Virus record (IMG/VR): IMGVR_UViG_3300010370_000028
Location: 71,390 to 135,389 of that record
Origin: a virus
Strand: one strand, 5' to 3'
Length of the DNA: 64,000 nt
Shown here: in pieces, positions 1 to 9,862 of the stretch
Position numbering within the stretch: position 1 is the stretch's first letter
How the letters are laid out: the number at the start of each line of letters is the position of its first letter
Made by a program: the position numbers and the translations under genes
Notes under the pieces: generated by a model
The model's input: only the letters and a program-made list of their open reading frames with translations
What the model was told of the DNA's origin: nothing
The model's database searches: none

Positions 1-687
1 GACCCTTGGGTAGTTGGTAGATCTTCTGATGGTAGAGTTTTACAAAATAGCTTTTCATATATTGAAAATTGGTATAACTCTATTAATATTTTAAGAATTC
101 AAGCTCGTATATTTCATGATAATTTAGATGATGAATTTATAAATAAATATACTACTGATAAAATTAAATTTGTCAGAGTAGAACCATCGGATTATTCTAA
201 TAATGATTGGAGATTTTTTTGTTACAGAAATTATTTAGAAGATAATAAATTTGACTGTATATTTTTAACAGACTGTTCTGATGTAATTGTTGTTAAAGAA
301 CCCTCTGATATTTTAAAAGAATATCCAGATAAAGATTTTTTTATATGCAAAGATAGTATATTATTAAGCGAATTTCCATACTTACAACTACATCAACAAG
401 CTAATTGGAATAATTATATTTGGTTTTCAATAATGCAGTCAAGGCTTGATTTAATAAATATGGGTGTTATTGGCGCTAATTATAATAACATGCTTTTATT
501 TTTAAATAAATTTTGCGAAACAAGAATTAAACTTGGTAATCCAGAATTTAATTCTGATATGTGGACTGGTCAATATGTATTTAGGGATATTTTATCAGAT
601 AAATCTTTATTAATTGGTCATCCATTTACTAGTAATTTTAAAAAATATGAAAATGATAGAAAGGATGTATTTTTTATTCATAAATGA
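1..687 (+). CDS. Putative GT-A-fold glycosyltransferase (5'-truncated by window edge)
   Basis: Frame 1 is open from base 1 into the 433..687 ORF; FLTDCSDV resembles a DxD-type motif; lies in a GT cluster. Confidence 0.55.
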   Translation, partial: DPWVVGRSSDGRVLQNSFSYIENWYNSINILRIQARIFHDNLDDEFINKYTTDKIKFVRVEPSDYSNNDWRFFCYRNYLEDNKFDCIFLTDCSDVIVVKEPSDILKEYPDKDFFICKDSILLSEFPYLQLHQQANWNNYIWFSIMQSRLDLINMGVIGANYNNMLLFLNKFCETRIKLGNPEFNSDMWTGQYVFRDILSDKSLLIGHPFTSNFKKYENDRKDVFFIHK

Positions 688-1601
688 AAATTTGTTTTAT
701 AGCTCCTGGAGAAATAGAGATACCACCAAATGGTTGGGGCGCTCTTGAAACTGTTGTTTGGAATCAATCTCAAGAATTAAAAAAATTAGGTCATGATATT
801 TTTGTTATTAATGAAAAAAGTCGAGACATTACATTTAATGAGATAAAAAAAATAAATCCAGACATTATTCATCTTCATTATGGATCACACTACGAATTAA
901 TGCCATTATTTAATTGTAGAAAAATAGTCACCAATCATGATGGAAGTTTTAAAAACTCAGCTGTATTTCATGATACAGTCATTCGTTCATATTTATATGA
1001 TTGTGAATTTTTTTGTCTTAGTGAATATGAAAAAAGATTTTTTTTAAATTTAGGAATTTCTCCTAAAAAAATTAAAATAATGCAGAATGGAGTAGAGTAT
1101 TCTAAATTCAATAAAAAACTAGAACCCGTCCATCCACAAAAATCTATTTGTATAGGAAAAATTGACGCTCGAAAAAGACAAAGTAAACTCCAATTAATGA
1201 ATGCTGGAGTAGATTTTGTTGGATCTGTAGCCGATCCTAATTTTAATGTTAACTCAAATTATCTTGGATCATGGACTCGTGAACAAATTTTTCAAAATTT
1301 AACAGAATATGGAAATTTTGTTTTATTATCTTCGTCTGAAAATTGTTGCCCACTAGTTTGTTTAGAAGCTATGAGTGCTGGTTTAGGAATTGTTATTTCT
1401 GAAGCTTGTACAGAAAGTGTTGATTTATCTAAAAAATTTATAACTTTAATTCCCGAAGACAAAATTAATGATAAAAAATTTATTATAAAATCTATTAAAG
1501 AAAATCGTGAATATTCAATTCTTAATAGAGAAGAAATTATTAAATATGCTTCAACTAGAGATTGGAGTGAAATTGCTAAATATTATAATTCATGCTTATG
1601 A
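684..1601 (+). CDS. Glycosyltransferase family 4 (GT-B)
   Basis: IPPNGWGALE N-terminal motif; C-terminal ENCCPLVCLEAMSAG (E-x7-E). Confidence 0.85.
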   Translation: MKICFIAPGEIEIPPNGWGALETVVWNQSQELKKLGHDIFVINEKSRDITFNEIKKINPDIIHLHYGSHYELMPLFNCRKIVTNHDGSFKNSAVFHDTVIRSYLYDCEFFCLSEYEKRFFLNLGISPKKIKIMQNGVEYSKFNKKLEPVHPQKSICIGKIDARKRQSKLQLMNAGVDFVGSVADPNFNVNSNYLGSWTREQIFQNLTEYGNFVLLSSSENCCPLVCLEAMSAGLGIVISEACTESVDLSKKFITLIPEDKINDKKFIIKSIKENREYSILNREEIIKYASTRDWSEIAKYYNSCL

Positions 1602-2371
1602 ATAAATTAGGAATTTTTTTTACATGTTTTGATGAACTAGAAGCTACTAGATTTTCTTTAAATATTTTAAAGAAGGTATATCCAGAAATTAAAATTAGAT
1701 TATTTTATGAAAGTAATGTAAATTTTAAATTTTTAGAATCTGAAATAAGTAATTTAAAATGTTCTCAAGAAGAAGACACCATGAGTGATTATCTTGGTAT
1801 AGAATACCATAATTATCTTTCCGATAAAGATCAATTTGCAATTAAAAGAGCCTCCTTAGCAGTAATTAATAGATTAAAAAAATCAATACCATATCTTAAT
1901 AGCGAATACATCTTAATGATGGACCCAGATGCTATAGTTCGTGGCCCTCTTACAATACCAGAAAACGCTGGTTTACTTGGTTGTAGAATTAATACTCATA
2001 TTTGGGCGCTTGAAAAATTAAACAATACACTTAAAAAATATGGTGGAATTGAAATAACAGCCTGGGGAGCAACTCCAGCTATTTTTAATGTTAAAGATTT
2101 TTTAATTGGTTGCGATATATTATTAAATACTCCAAATCTTTTAGATGATTTATGCAAATCATTTTATTGGTTCTGCGCTCACGATATATTACTGGCTAGT
2201 ATTTTTTCTTTAATAGGAAAAGAAGAAACTTTTAATCCTGAATTATTACAATGTGGATCTGTATCAAATTGGAGAGAACACAACCACCCTCTTTTACATC
2301 AGTTCAGAGAGCATTATCCACGAAGAACTTCAAAATATAAAATAAATGAAAAAAACTGTAGTAATAACTAA
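1598..2371 (+). CDS. Putative GT-A glycosyltransferase
   Basis: YILMMDPD DxD motif; ATGA overlap with the upstream stop supports the 1598 start. Confidence 0.6.
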   Translation: MNKLGIFFTCFDELEATRFSLNILKKVYPEIKIRLFYESNVNFKFLESEISNLKCSQEEDTMSDYLGIEYHNYLSDKDQFAIKRASLAVINRLKKSIPYLNSEYILMMDPDAIVRGPLTIPENAGLLGCRINTHIWALEKLNNTLKKYGGIEITAWGATPAIFNVKDFLIGCDILLNTPNLLDDLCKSFYWFCAHDILLASIFSLIGKEETFNPELLQCGSVSNWREHNHPLLHQFREHYPRRTSKYKINEKNCSNN

Positions 2372-3290
2372 TCACAAAAATAAAGAATGTGGTGTTTACC
2401 AATATGGAAAAAGATTTTCTTCTATTTTACTAAATAGTGAATCTAGTGAATATGAATATCATTATTTAGAGCTAGATAGTAAAGAAGAATTTTTTCAAAA
2501 AATTTCCGCAATATCTCCAGATATTGTTGTGCATAATTATTTAAATATAACAATGCCTTGGTATGATCTTGATTGTTTTAATTTATTAAAGAATAATAAT
2601 ATACCGCAAGGCTTAATTGTTCATAATATTGGATATTTAAATATATTTGATTTTTTTCTTCATCAACATCCGTTTTATCCACAAAATGATGTAAACCATC
2701 CAATTCCACGTCCTTTATTTAAATATAATTCTGTTTTAAGAGAACCAAGAAAAATCCCCAAAATTCATACTTTTGGTTTTGCATTTTTATGTAAAAAATA
2801 TGAAAACATAGTAGAAATTATTAATAATTCTTTTGATGAAGCTGAAATTAATATGCACTTAACAATTTCTAAATTTTTTCCCAATGACGATGAACTAAAT
2901 GAAATAAAAAAAATATGTAACTCTAAAATTACAAAAAATGGTATAAAATTAAATATCACATCTGACTTTAAATCAGATGAAGATATATTAGATTTCTTAG
3001 ATAATGCCGATTTAAATATTTTTCTATATAAAAATTATGATAATTATAATGGTATTTCATCCGTAATAGATTATGCTTTATCTGTTAAAAGACCCATTGC
3101 TGTTTGCAAAAGCAATATGTTTTCTCATATTAATAATATTTCACCATCAATCTGTATAGAAGACTCTAGTATTCAAAAAATTATAGAAAATGGAATAAAA
3201 CCATTAGAACATTTTTATGACATGTGGAGTAATAAAAATTTTGTTGAATCATTAGAGCAAACATTTAACATATATACAAATACAAAATGA
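2346..3290 (+). CDS. Putative GT-B glycosyltransferase
   Basis: CGVYQYG N-terminus, TFGF...KKYE and SSVIDYALSVKRPIAV motifs typical of GT4-like proteins. Confidence 0.6.
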   Translation: MKKTVVITNHKNKECGVYQYGKRFSSILLNSESSEYEYHYLELDSKEEFFQKISAISPDIVVHNYLNITMPWYDLDCFNLLKNNNIPQGLIVHNIGYLNIFDFFLHQHPFYPQNDVNHPIPRPLFKYNSVLREPRKIPKIHTFGFAFLCKKYENIVEIINNSFDEAEINMHLTISKFFPNDDELNEIKKICNSKITKNGIKLNITSDFKSDEDILDFLDNADLNIFLYKNYDNYNGISSVIDYALSVKRPIAVCKSNMFSHINNISPSICIEDSSIQKIIENGIKPLEHFYDMWSNKNFVESLEQTFNIYTNTK

Positions 3291-4513
3291 ATATTTTAAA
3301 TTTAGGCAGTTTTTATGTTTCTGATTTTTTGAATCAAAATGAAAAATTAGATAGTAGATCTAAATATCCATTGGATCTAATTTTAGATGAAGAAATTGGT
3401 GCTGTTAAATTAACAGAGGCTCCACCGCATAATCAAATGTGGGGTAAATATTGGTATCGTTCTGGCACAAATGCTTCAATGAAAAATGAGTTAAACAGCA
3501 TTGTTAATGAAGTATGTTCAAGAATAAAATATAATAAAAATGATATTTGGCTTGATATTGCATGTAATGATGGAACTTTATTATCATTTGTTCCTAATGA
3601 ATTTATTAAATTAGGTATTGATCCAGCTGATGATTCTTTTAAAAATGAATCATCTAAAATTGCCAATGTAATAGTTCAAGACTATTTTAATTTAAATTCC
3701 TATGAAAAAACTGGTTATGGAGAAAAAAAATGCAAAGTAATTACGACAATTGCAATGTTTTATGATCTTGAAAAACCAAGCGATTTTATAAAAGATATAG
3801 TAAACGTTCTTGACGATAATGGTGTTTGGGTTATACAATTATCATATACTCCTCTTATGTTGAAACAGCTTGCATTTGATAATATATGTCATGAACATTT
3901 TTATTATCATTCTCTTAATAGTTTGAATAAATTGTTTCAAAAGCACTCTTTAAAAATTGTTGACGCAAATCTTAATGATGCAAATGGAGGCAGTGTTAGA
4001 GTATATATACAAAAAGAAAAAGCCTCAATTACATCATATGCAAATGCTCCATTAAGAGATGTATGTAATTTTCGTGTAGATAGTCTTTTAAAATATGAAA
4101 ATGATTATTTTGATATTTCAAATCCGCAAAACTGGAATGTATTTTTTGAAAACATACAAAATTTAAAGGAGCAAACAGTTTCTTTTATAAAGTCTGAAAA
4201 ATCAAAAGGTAAAATTATTGGTGGTTATGGAGCTTCCACAAAAGGTAATACGCTTTTACAATTATTTAATTTAGATCATACTTTAATTGACTTTATAGCA
4301 GAAAGATCTCCTTATAAATTTGGTTTAAAAACTATTGGCACAGAGATACCAATTATTTCAGAAGAAGAAATGAGAAAAATTAAACCAGATTATTTATTAG
4401 TTTTACCTTGGCATTTCATAAATGAATTTATCGAAAGAGAGAGCGAATTTTTAGAAAATGGCGGTAAATTTATTGTCCCATGTCCTAAGTTTGAAATCAT
4501 AGAAAAATCTTAA
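3287..4513 (+). CDS. NDP-sugar C-methyltransferase
   Basis: LDIACNDGTLL SAM motif, FDNICHEH, GYGASTKGNT, LLVLPWHF. Confidence 0.88.
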   Translation: MNILNLGSFYVSDFLNQNEKLDSRSKYPLDLILDEEIGAVKLTEAPPHNQMWGKYWYRSGTNASMKNELNSIVNEVCSRIKYNKNDIWLDIACNDGTLLSFVPNEFIKLGIDPADDSFKNESSKIANVIVQDYFNLNSYEKTGYGEKKCKVITTIAMFYDLEKPSDFIKDIVNVLDDNGVWVIQLSYTPLMLKQLAFDNICHEHFYYHSLNSLNKLFQKHSLKIVDANLNDANGGSVRVYIQKEKASITSYANAPLRDVCNFRVDSLLKYENDYFDISNPQNWNVFFENIQNLKEQTVSFIKSEKSKGKIIGGYGASTKGNTLLQLFNLDHTLIDFIAERSPYKFGLKTIGTEIPIISEEEMRKIKPDYLLVLPWHFINEFIERESEFLENGGKFIVPCPKFEIIEKS

Positions 4514-5130
4514 TGAAAAATATTGAATATTATTCTCAATCAAATCAAGATAAATGGGTTTGTGAATATTTAAATTTTAAAACTAATGGATATTATTTAG
4601 ACATTGGCGCTTATGATGGCGTACAAACAAGCAATACATTTGTTTTAGAAAAGTATTTAAATTGGAATGGTATTTGTATAGAAGCAAACAAGTATATATT
4701 TCAAAATTTAATTCAAAATAGAAAAAGTATTAATATAAATGCTGCAATTTTAGATTATTGTGGAACTTGTAATTTCTCAAATGATTCTGTTTCTGCAAAT
4801 ATTAATGATGATTGTGTCGATTGTTATACTTTAGATTTTGTTTTAGAAAAAAATAATGCCCCATCCATAATTGATTATATGTCTATAGATATTGAAGGAT
4901 CTGAATTTGATGTGTTAAAAAATTTCAATTTTTCAAAATGGCAAATTAACATGATTACACTTGAACATAATTTGTATTTAAATGGAGACTTTAATAAAAA
5001 TAGACTATATAAATTATTAACTGATAACGGATTTGAGAGAGTGGTTGAAGATGCTGTATGTTTAGATGAACATCCATCTGTTTTTAATCAACCTTATGAA
5101 GATTGGTATATCAATAAAAAAATATTATAA
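4513..5130 (+). CDS. FkbM-family methyltransferase
   Basis: YSQSNQD, LDIGAYDG...SNT, IDYMSIDIEGSE. Confidence 0.88.
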   Translation: MKNIEYYSQSNQDKWVCEYLNFKTNGYYLDIGAYDGVQTSNTFVLEKYLNWNGICIEANKYIFQNLIQNRKSININAAILDYCGTCNFSNDSVSANINDDCVDCYTLDFVLEKNNAPSIIDYMSIDIEGSEFDVLKNFNFSKWQINMITLEHNLYLNGDFNKNRLYKLLTDNGFERVVEDAVCLDEHPSVFNQPYEDWYINKKIL

Positions 5131-5131
5131 A

Positions 5132-6193
5132 ATGAAAAAGGTTTTAATAACTGGGGTAACTGGACAAGATGGAAGTCTTATGGCAGATTTTCTTTTAAGA
5201 GAAACTGATTGCATTATTATTGCTGGTGTTAGAAGGCTAAGTGTAAAAAATTATGAAAATATTCAACACCTTCTTGATAATCCAAGATTTAAATTAATTG
5301 ATCTTGATATTACAGATCAATCCAATATTGATAAAGTGGTTCGTGATGAAAGTCCTGATTATTTTATTAATTTTGCTGCAAATTCTTTCGTTGGTAATAG
5401 CTGGACAATGCCAGCGAGTCATTTTACAACAAATTGTCTTCCAGTTTTATATCAATTAGAATCAATAAGAAAATACGTACCTAATTGTAGATATTATAAT
5501 GCTGGCTCTTCAGAAGAATTTGGTGATGTTGTCACAGTACCGCAAAATGAAGAGCATCCACTAAGACCACGTAGCCCATATGGAGCAGCAAAAGCTTCAG
5601 CTAGACATTTAGTTAAAGTTTATCGAGAGTCATATAATCTTTATGCGATTCAGGGTTGGTTGTTTAATCATGAAGGAATAAGAAGGGGTGAAGAGTTTGT
5701 AACTCGTAAAATTACTAAAAACGTTGCTCGTATTAAATACGCTATAGAAAATAAATTAACTTTTGAGCCATTAAAACTTGGCAATCTAGAAGCAAGAAGG
5801 GATTGGAGTGATGCCGAAGATTTTATTGAAGGTGTATGGTTAATGCTCAATCAAGACGAACCAAAAGAATATGTGCTATCCTCAAATGAAACTCATACAA
5901 TTAAAGAATTTGTAGAATTAGCTTTTAAAGCCGCTGGTATTGATGGAATTTGGGTTGGCGAAGATTTAGAAACTTTATATTTATTACCTAATTATTTGAC
6001 TGATTTTACTGATATAACACAATTAAAATTAGTTGAAATTGATGAAAAATTTTATCGCCCCGCTGAAGTTGATCTTCTTTTAGGTGATTCAACTAAGGCT
6101 CGTCAAGAACTTGAATGGCAACCAAAAACATCTTTTAAAGAATTAGTTGACAAAATGGTTAGCCATGATATACTCAAGCATGGCAAAGTCTAA
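5132..6193 (+). CDS. gmd: GDP-mannose 4,6-dehydratase
   Basis: LITGVTGQDGS, SSEEFG, PRSPYGAAK, LFNHE, FVTRKIT, YRPAEVDLLLGD. Confidence 0.95.
   Translation: MKKVLITGVTGQDGSLMADFLLRETDCIIIAGVRRLSVKNYENIQHLLDNPRFKLIDLDITDQSNIDKVVRDESPDYFINFAANSFVGNSWTMPASHFTTNCLPVLYQLESIRKYVPNCRYYNAGSSEEFGDVVTVPQNEEHPLRPRSPYGAAKASARHLVKVYRESYNLYAIQGWLFNHEGIRRGEEFVTRKITKNVARIKYAIENKLTFEPLKLGNLEARRDWSDAEDFIEGVWLMLNQDEPKEYVLSSNETHTIKEFVELAFKAAGIDGIWVGEDLETLYLLPNYLTDFTDITQLKLVEIDEKFYRPAEVDLLLGDSTKARQELEWQPKTSFKELVDKMVSHDILKHGKV
6147..6174 (+). promoter_or_regulatory. sigma70-like promoter of the replication operon
   Basis: TTGACA-16 nt-TATACT, 5 nt before ATG 6180. Confidence 0.7.
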
Positions 6194-6530
6194 AATTAAC
6201 AAAAAACATATTCTTGCCAAATTGACGCTTGTCCCACTAAAGGATAAGCGTTTATTTTATATGCGTGAAATGAAATTTTTAAATATCTTGTGTGAAAGAT
6301 ATTCTTTGGAGTTCATGAATGCAATGACTTTTGATAAAAAGCTAGATTCATTAGCTTATTTAGTTAGCGATAAGCTAAAAGACACCCTAGATCAAAAATT
6401 TAGAGCTTTTAATTTTAAGGTTGACTATTCTCGCTATGAGCAGTATCATATTGGGGATAAGGTTGGAGATGATCCAGTTGTGGAGAAGAAGAAGGTAACA
6501 ATTAAACATTTTTTAAATGAGCAAAACTAA
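6180..6530 (+). CDS. Hypothetical protein
   Basis: ORF directly after the promoter, overlapping the recA-like start. Confidence 0.65.
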   Translation: MAKSKINKKHILAKLTLVPLKDKRLFYMREMKFLNILCERYSLEFMNAMTFDKKLDSLAYLVSDKLKDTLDQKFRAFNFKVDYSRYEQYHIGDKVGDDPVVEKKKVTIKHFLNEQN

Positions 6531-7650
6531 AGATAAAGAAGTAAAAAAATCAACGGATGTTTTAGATTCGTTTTTAAAACAGAATCAGAGTGACCATTAT
6601 AATTTTGAAGAATCAATTGATTATAAAATTTCAAGTGGTTCTCTTCAGTTAGATCTTCATTTGGGTGGCGGTCTTGGACCTGGTTTACATAGATTTGTTG
6701 GCATGAATGAAGGCGGCAAAACTTCTGCCGCACTTTCTTTTATGAAAAACTTCTTGGAAAAAATCCCAAAAGGTAAGGGTTTTTATATTAAGGCTGAAGG
6801 TCGTCTCTCCAATGAAATGATGGAGAGATCTGGGATTAAATTTGTCTTTTCAGCTGAAGAGTGGCAAGAGGGAACCTGTTTTGTATTTGAAAGCAATATT
6901 TATGAAACTGTAGTTGATGTAATGCGTCAGCTTGTTGCTAAAAATGATGAAGGTAACCTGTACTATTTCCTTCTTGATTCGGTTGATGGGCTTATCTCCA
7001 AAGGAGACTTAGATAAGAGCTTTGAAGACTCTAATAAGGTTGCTGGTGGAGCGGTTATTGCCGCCAATTTCATGAAGCGTCTTTCTATTGGATTGGCAAA
7101 GCGTGGGCATATGGCAGTCTTCATTAGTCAAGTAAGGGCCGATATTAAATTAGATCCATATTCTAAAGCTCCAGTTCGTCAGACTACAGCAACTGGTGGT
7201 AACGCCCTTCTTCACTTTGCTAACTGGATTCTTGAATTTGAGCCTCGACATAAAGGAGACTTAATTCTTCAAAACCCAAGTGATACTAAGATTGATATCA
7301 ATAACAACCCAATCGTTGGGCATTTTGCTAAAGTTACTGTTAAGAAATCACCAATTGAGAAAACTAATTTAACAATTGCCTATCCTATCAGATATGGACG
7401 CACTAATGGTAACTCTATATGGATTGAAAAAGAGATTGTTGATATGCTTTATGTTTGGGAGTTTATCAATAAAAAGATGTCTTGGATTACTATTACAGAA
7501 GAATTTAAAGAACTCTTAGCAGAGAATAATCTGGAACTCCCAGAAAAAATTCAAGGAAATGAGAATCTATTTAAATTAATTGAAGAAAACAAAGATCTTT
7601 TATCTTTCTTGATTTCTTATTTTAAGAAGACTATTAATAATGAAATTTAA
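6517..7650 (+). CDS. RecA/UvsX-like recombinase
   Basis: ISSGSLQLD, Walker A GMNEGGKT, Walker B LLDSV, FISQVR, TGGNALLHFA. Confidence 0.9.
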   Translation: MSKTKDKEVKKSTDVLDSFLKQNQSDHYNFEESIDYKISSGSLQLDLHLGGGLGPGLHRFVGMNEGGKTSAALSFMKNFLEKIPKGKGFYIKAEGRLSNEMMERSGIKFVFSAEEWQEGTCFVFESNIYETVVDVMRQLVAKNDEGNLYYFLLDSVDGLISKGDLDKSFEDSNKVAGGAVIAANFMKRLSIGLAKRGHMAVFISQVRADIKLDPYSKAPVRQTTATGGNALLHFANWILEFEPRHKGDLILQNPSDTKIDINNNPIVGHFAKVTVKKSPIEKTNLTIAYPIRYGRTNGNSIWIEKEIVDMLYVWEFINKKMSWITITEEFKELLAENNLELPEKIQGNENLFKLIEENKDLLSFLISYFKKTINNEI

Positions 7651-8047
7651 AACCATAACTGGCTCTGAAACAACTTTAAAAAATGCTAAAAAATATTTAA
7701 TTAATTGGAATAAACCAAGCCGAAGTAAGTTTCAAACATCTGTCAAAAATTTTCTTAAACCCTATTGGTTTAATGATATTGTTTTTGAGGAATTTAAAAT
7801 AGTTGGAACTCGACTTTCCTATGATTTTTATAATGCAAATAAAAGAATAGCGATAGAAGTTCAAGGCGCTCAACATACAAAATATGTTAAATTTTTTCAT
7901 GGAAGCCGTCTTAATTATTTAGATCAATTACGTCGAGATGAAAAAAAATTGAAATTTTGCAATGTAAATGATATAACATTGATAGAAATTTACCCAAACG
8001 ACATAATTGATGAAAAATTATTCGAATCTTTTGGAGTTATACTGTAA
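7640..8047 (+). CDS. PD-(D/E)XK endonuclease (Vsr/DUF559-like)
   Basis: LSYDFY...IAIEVQGAQH...RDEKKLKFC. Confidence 0.75.
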   Translation: MKFKTITGSETTLKNAKKYLINWNKPSRSKFQTSVKNFLKPYWFNDIVFEEFKIVGTRLSYDFYNANKRIAIEVQGAQHTKYVKFFHGSRLNYLDQLRRDEKKLKFCNVNDITLIEIYPNDIIDEKLFESFGVIL

Positions 8048-8059
8048 AGATATAAAAAT

Positions 8060-8317
8060 ATGTCAGAAATCAATCCAGACTCTCTCCCCCAATTTAAAAT
8101 ACCAAATAATATTATCAACCAACTGTTCGAATTAACAGGTGGCGCTGAGAAATTTAAAGGTTTAATATTCGCTTGTGCTACAGAAGATGGCAATCCTCTA
8201 ATTTATACTAAATATGATAGTCAAATGACAGAACTTGCCTTGCGTAAGGCTGTAGAATGTTATTTGCAGAATCTAGATGAACAGGAATTTTTGAATTCTG
8301 ACGAAGACTATGATTGA
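8060..8317 (+). CDS. Hypothetical protein
   Basis: ORF in operon, acidic C-terminus. Confidence 0.6.
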   Translation: MSEINPDSLPQFKIPNNIINQLFELTGGAEKFKGLIFACATEDGNPLIYTKYDSQMTELALRKAVECYLQNLDEQEFLNSDEDYD

Positions 8318-8342
8318 CACGCCCAATTATATGTGTTAATCT
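8314..8342 (+). promoter_or_regulatory. sigma70-like promoter of helicase
   Basis: TTGACA-17 nt-TAATCT, 8 nt before ATG 8351. Confidence 0.6.
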
Positions 8343-8350
8343 CTCATTAG

Positions 8351-9862
8351 ATGATTTATAATTACGAGTTAGAGAAACAATTACTTGCCGCCTTAATTAA
8401 GGAGCCAGAGAGCTATTCTGAAGTAGCTAATTTCATAAGCTCAAAAGATTTTTATTCCGAAGATAGTAATCTTCATGGAACAATCTTTACTATAATCAAA
8501 CAATCAATTGATTCTGGGGAAGAAATTGATGAGGTTATTATTGCCCAGCGTGTTAGTTCTTTGGGTTTGTCATTTGAAGATCGGGTTAATCCATCTGACT
8601 ATATTAGATCTCTGGCTATGAGAAAAGTCCCCAAGGGGAACTTAGTTAAAACTGCTAGGGAATTAAAAAAATTTACAATTAGAAGAGAGATCTTTGAATC
8701 CGCTCAAGAGATTGCCAAGCGCATGAAAAGCATTGGCTCTGAATCTTCTTATACAGATATTATTGAATCTGCAGATTCTGCTTATAACTCAAAAATTAAT
8801 CTATATGAAATTGGCAATGATATGCCAGAAAACATATATGATGAAATGGAGTTTATCGTTGAAGATCGTGGCAACAATCCTGTTGTTGAATTTGGCATGA
8901 TGGGGCCACATAAGAAGGTTAATGAAATCTATGGTTCACTTCTTAGACCAGGAAATATTACAGTTGTTGTCGCTCGATCTGGCGTTGGTAAAACTCAATT
9001 TTGTATGGATTACAGCACCAAAGTTGCCATTAAGTATGGTATTCCAGTACTTCACTTTGATAATGGTGAAATGAGTAAGGAGGAGCTTATTATGCGTCAG
9101 TGTGCCGCTCTATCTGGTGTTCCTATGCACTTGATTGAAACTGGTGAATGGAGACGTGCTGGTAAAGAAGTTGTAGATCGCATTAGGGCTGTTTGGCCAA
9201 AGATCAAACAAATGAAGTTTTATTACTATAATGTTGGTGGCATGGATGTTGATTCTATGATTAAAACATTAAAAAGATTTTATTATGGTAAAGTTGGTAG
9301 GGGTAATCAAATGATCTTTTCATTTGACTATATTAAAACAACATCAGAATCTGGCGGCGGTAAAAATGAATGGCAGGTTGTTGGAGAGATGGTTGACAAG
9401 TTTAAAAAATGTGTGCAAAAAGAAATCTTGCACGAAGGTAATCCAATTATCCCAATGATTACTTCTGTTCAATCTAACCGAAGTGGTATTACTAATAACA
9501 GAAACTCTCAGAATATTATTGACGATGAAAGTATTGTATCGCTTTCTGATAGGATTACCCAATTCTGCTCCCACATGTTTATTCTTAGAAATAAAACTGC
9601 AGATGAAATTGAAACTGAGGGTAGAGCATTTGGCACTCATAAACTGATTAATGTTAAAGCTCGACATCTTGGTAAAGATATTGCTGGAGCAGTTGAGCCA
9701 GTAAGAATTGGTGATACTCTTAGAAAGAATTTTATTAATTTAGATTTCAAAAATTTTGCAATTACTGAGAAAGGTGATCTCAGAGATATTTCAAGGTTTA
9801 TGGATGGAAACGCAGATTTAGAAGATGATAATGAAGACGATGACCTCCCAGACTTCAATTGA
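8351..9862 (+). CDS. dnaB: Replicative DNA helicase (DnaB family)
   Basis: N-terminal DnaB domain; ARSGVGKT, GEMS, FDYI, SVQSNR, VKAR. Confidence 0.92.
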   Translation: MIYNYELEKQLLAALIKEPESYSEVANFISSKDFYSEDSNLHGTIFTIIKQSIDSGEEIDEVIIAQRVSSLGLSFEDRVNPSDYIRSLAMRKVPKGNLVKTARELKKFTIRREIFESAQEIAKRMKSIGSESSYTDIIESADSAYNSKINLYEIGNDMPENIYDEMEFIVEDRGNNPVVEFGMMGPHKKVNEIYGSLLRPGNITVVVARSGVGKTQFCMDYSTKVAIKYGIPVLHFDNGEMSKEELIMRQCAALSGVPMHLIETGEWRRAGKEVVDRIRAVWPKIKQMKFYYYNVGGMDVDSMIKTLKRFYYGKVGRGNQMIFSFDYIKTTSESGGGKNEWQVVGEMVDKFKKCVQKEILHEGNPIIPMITSVQSNRSGITNNRNSQNIIDDESIVSLSDRITQFCSHMFILRNKTADEIETEGRAFGTHKLINVKARHLGKDIAGAVEPVRIGDTLRKNFINLDFKNFAITEKGDLRDISRFMDGNADLEDDNEDDDLPDFN

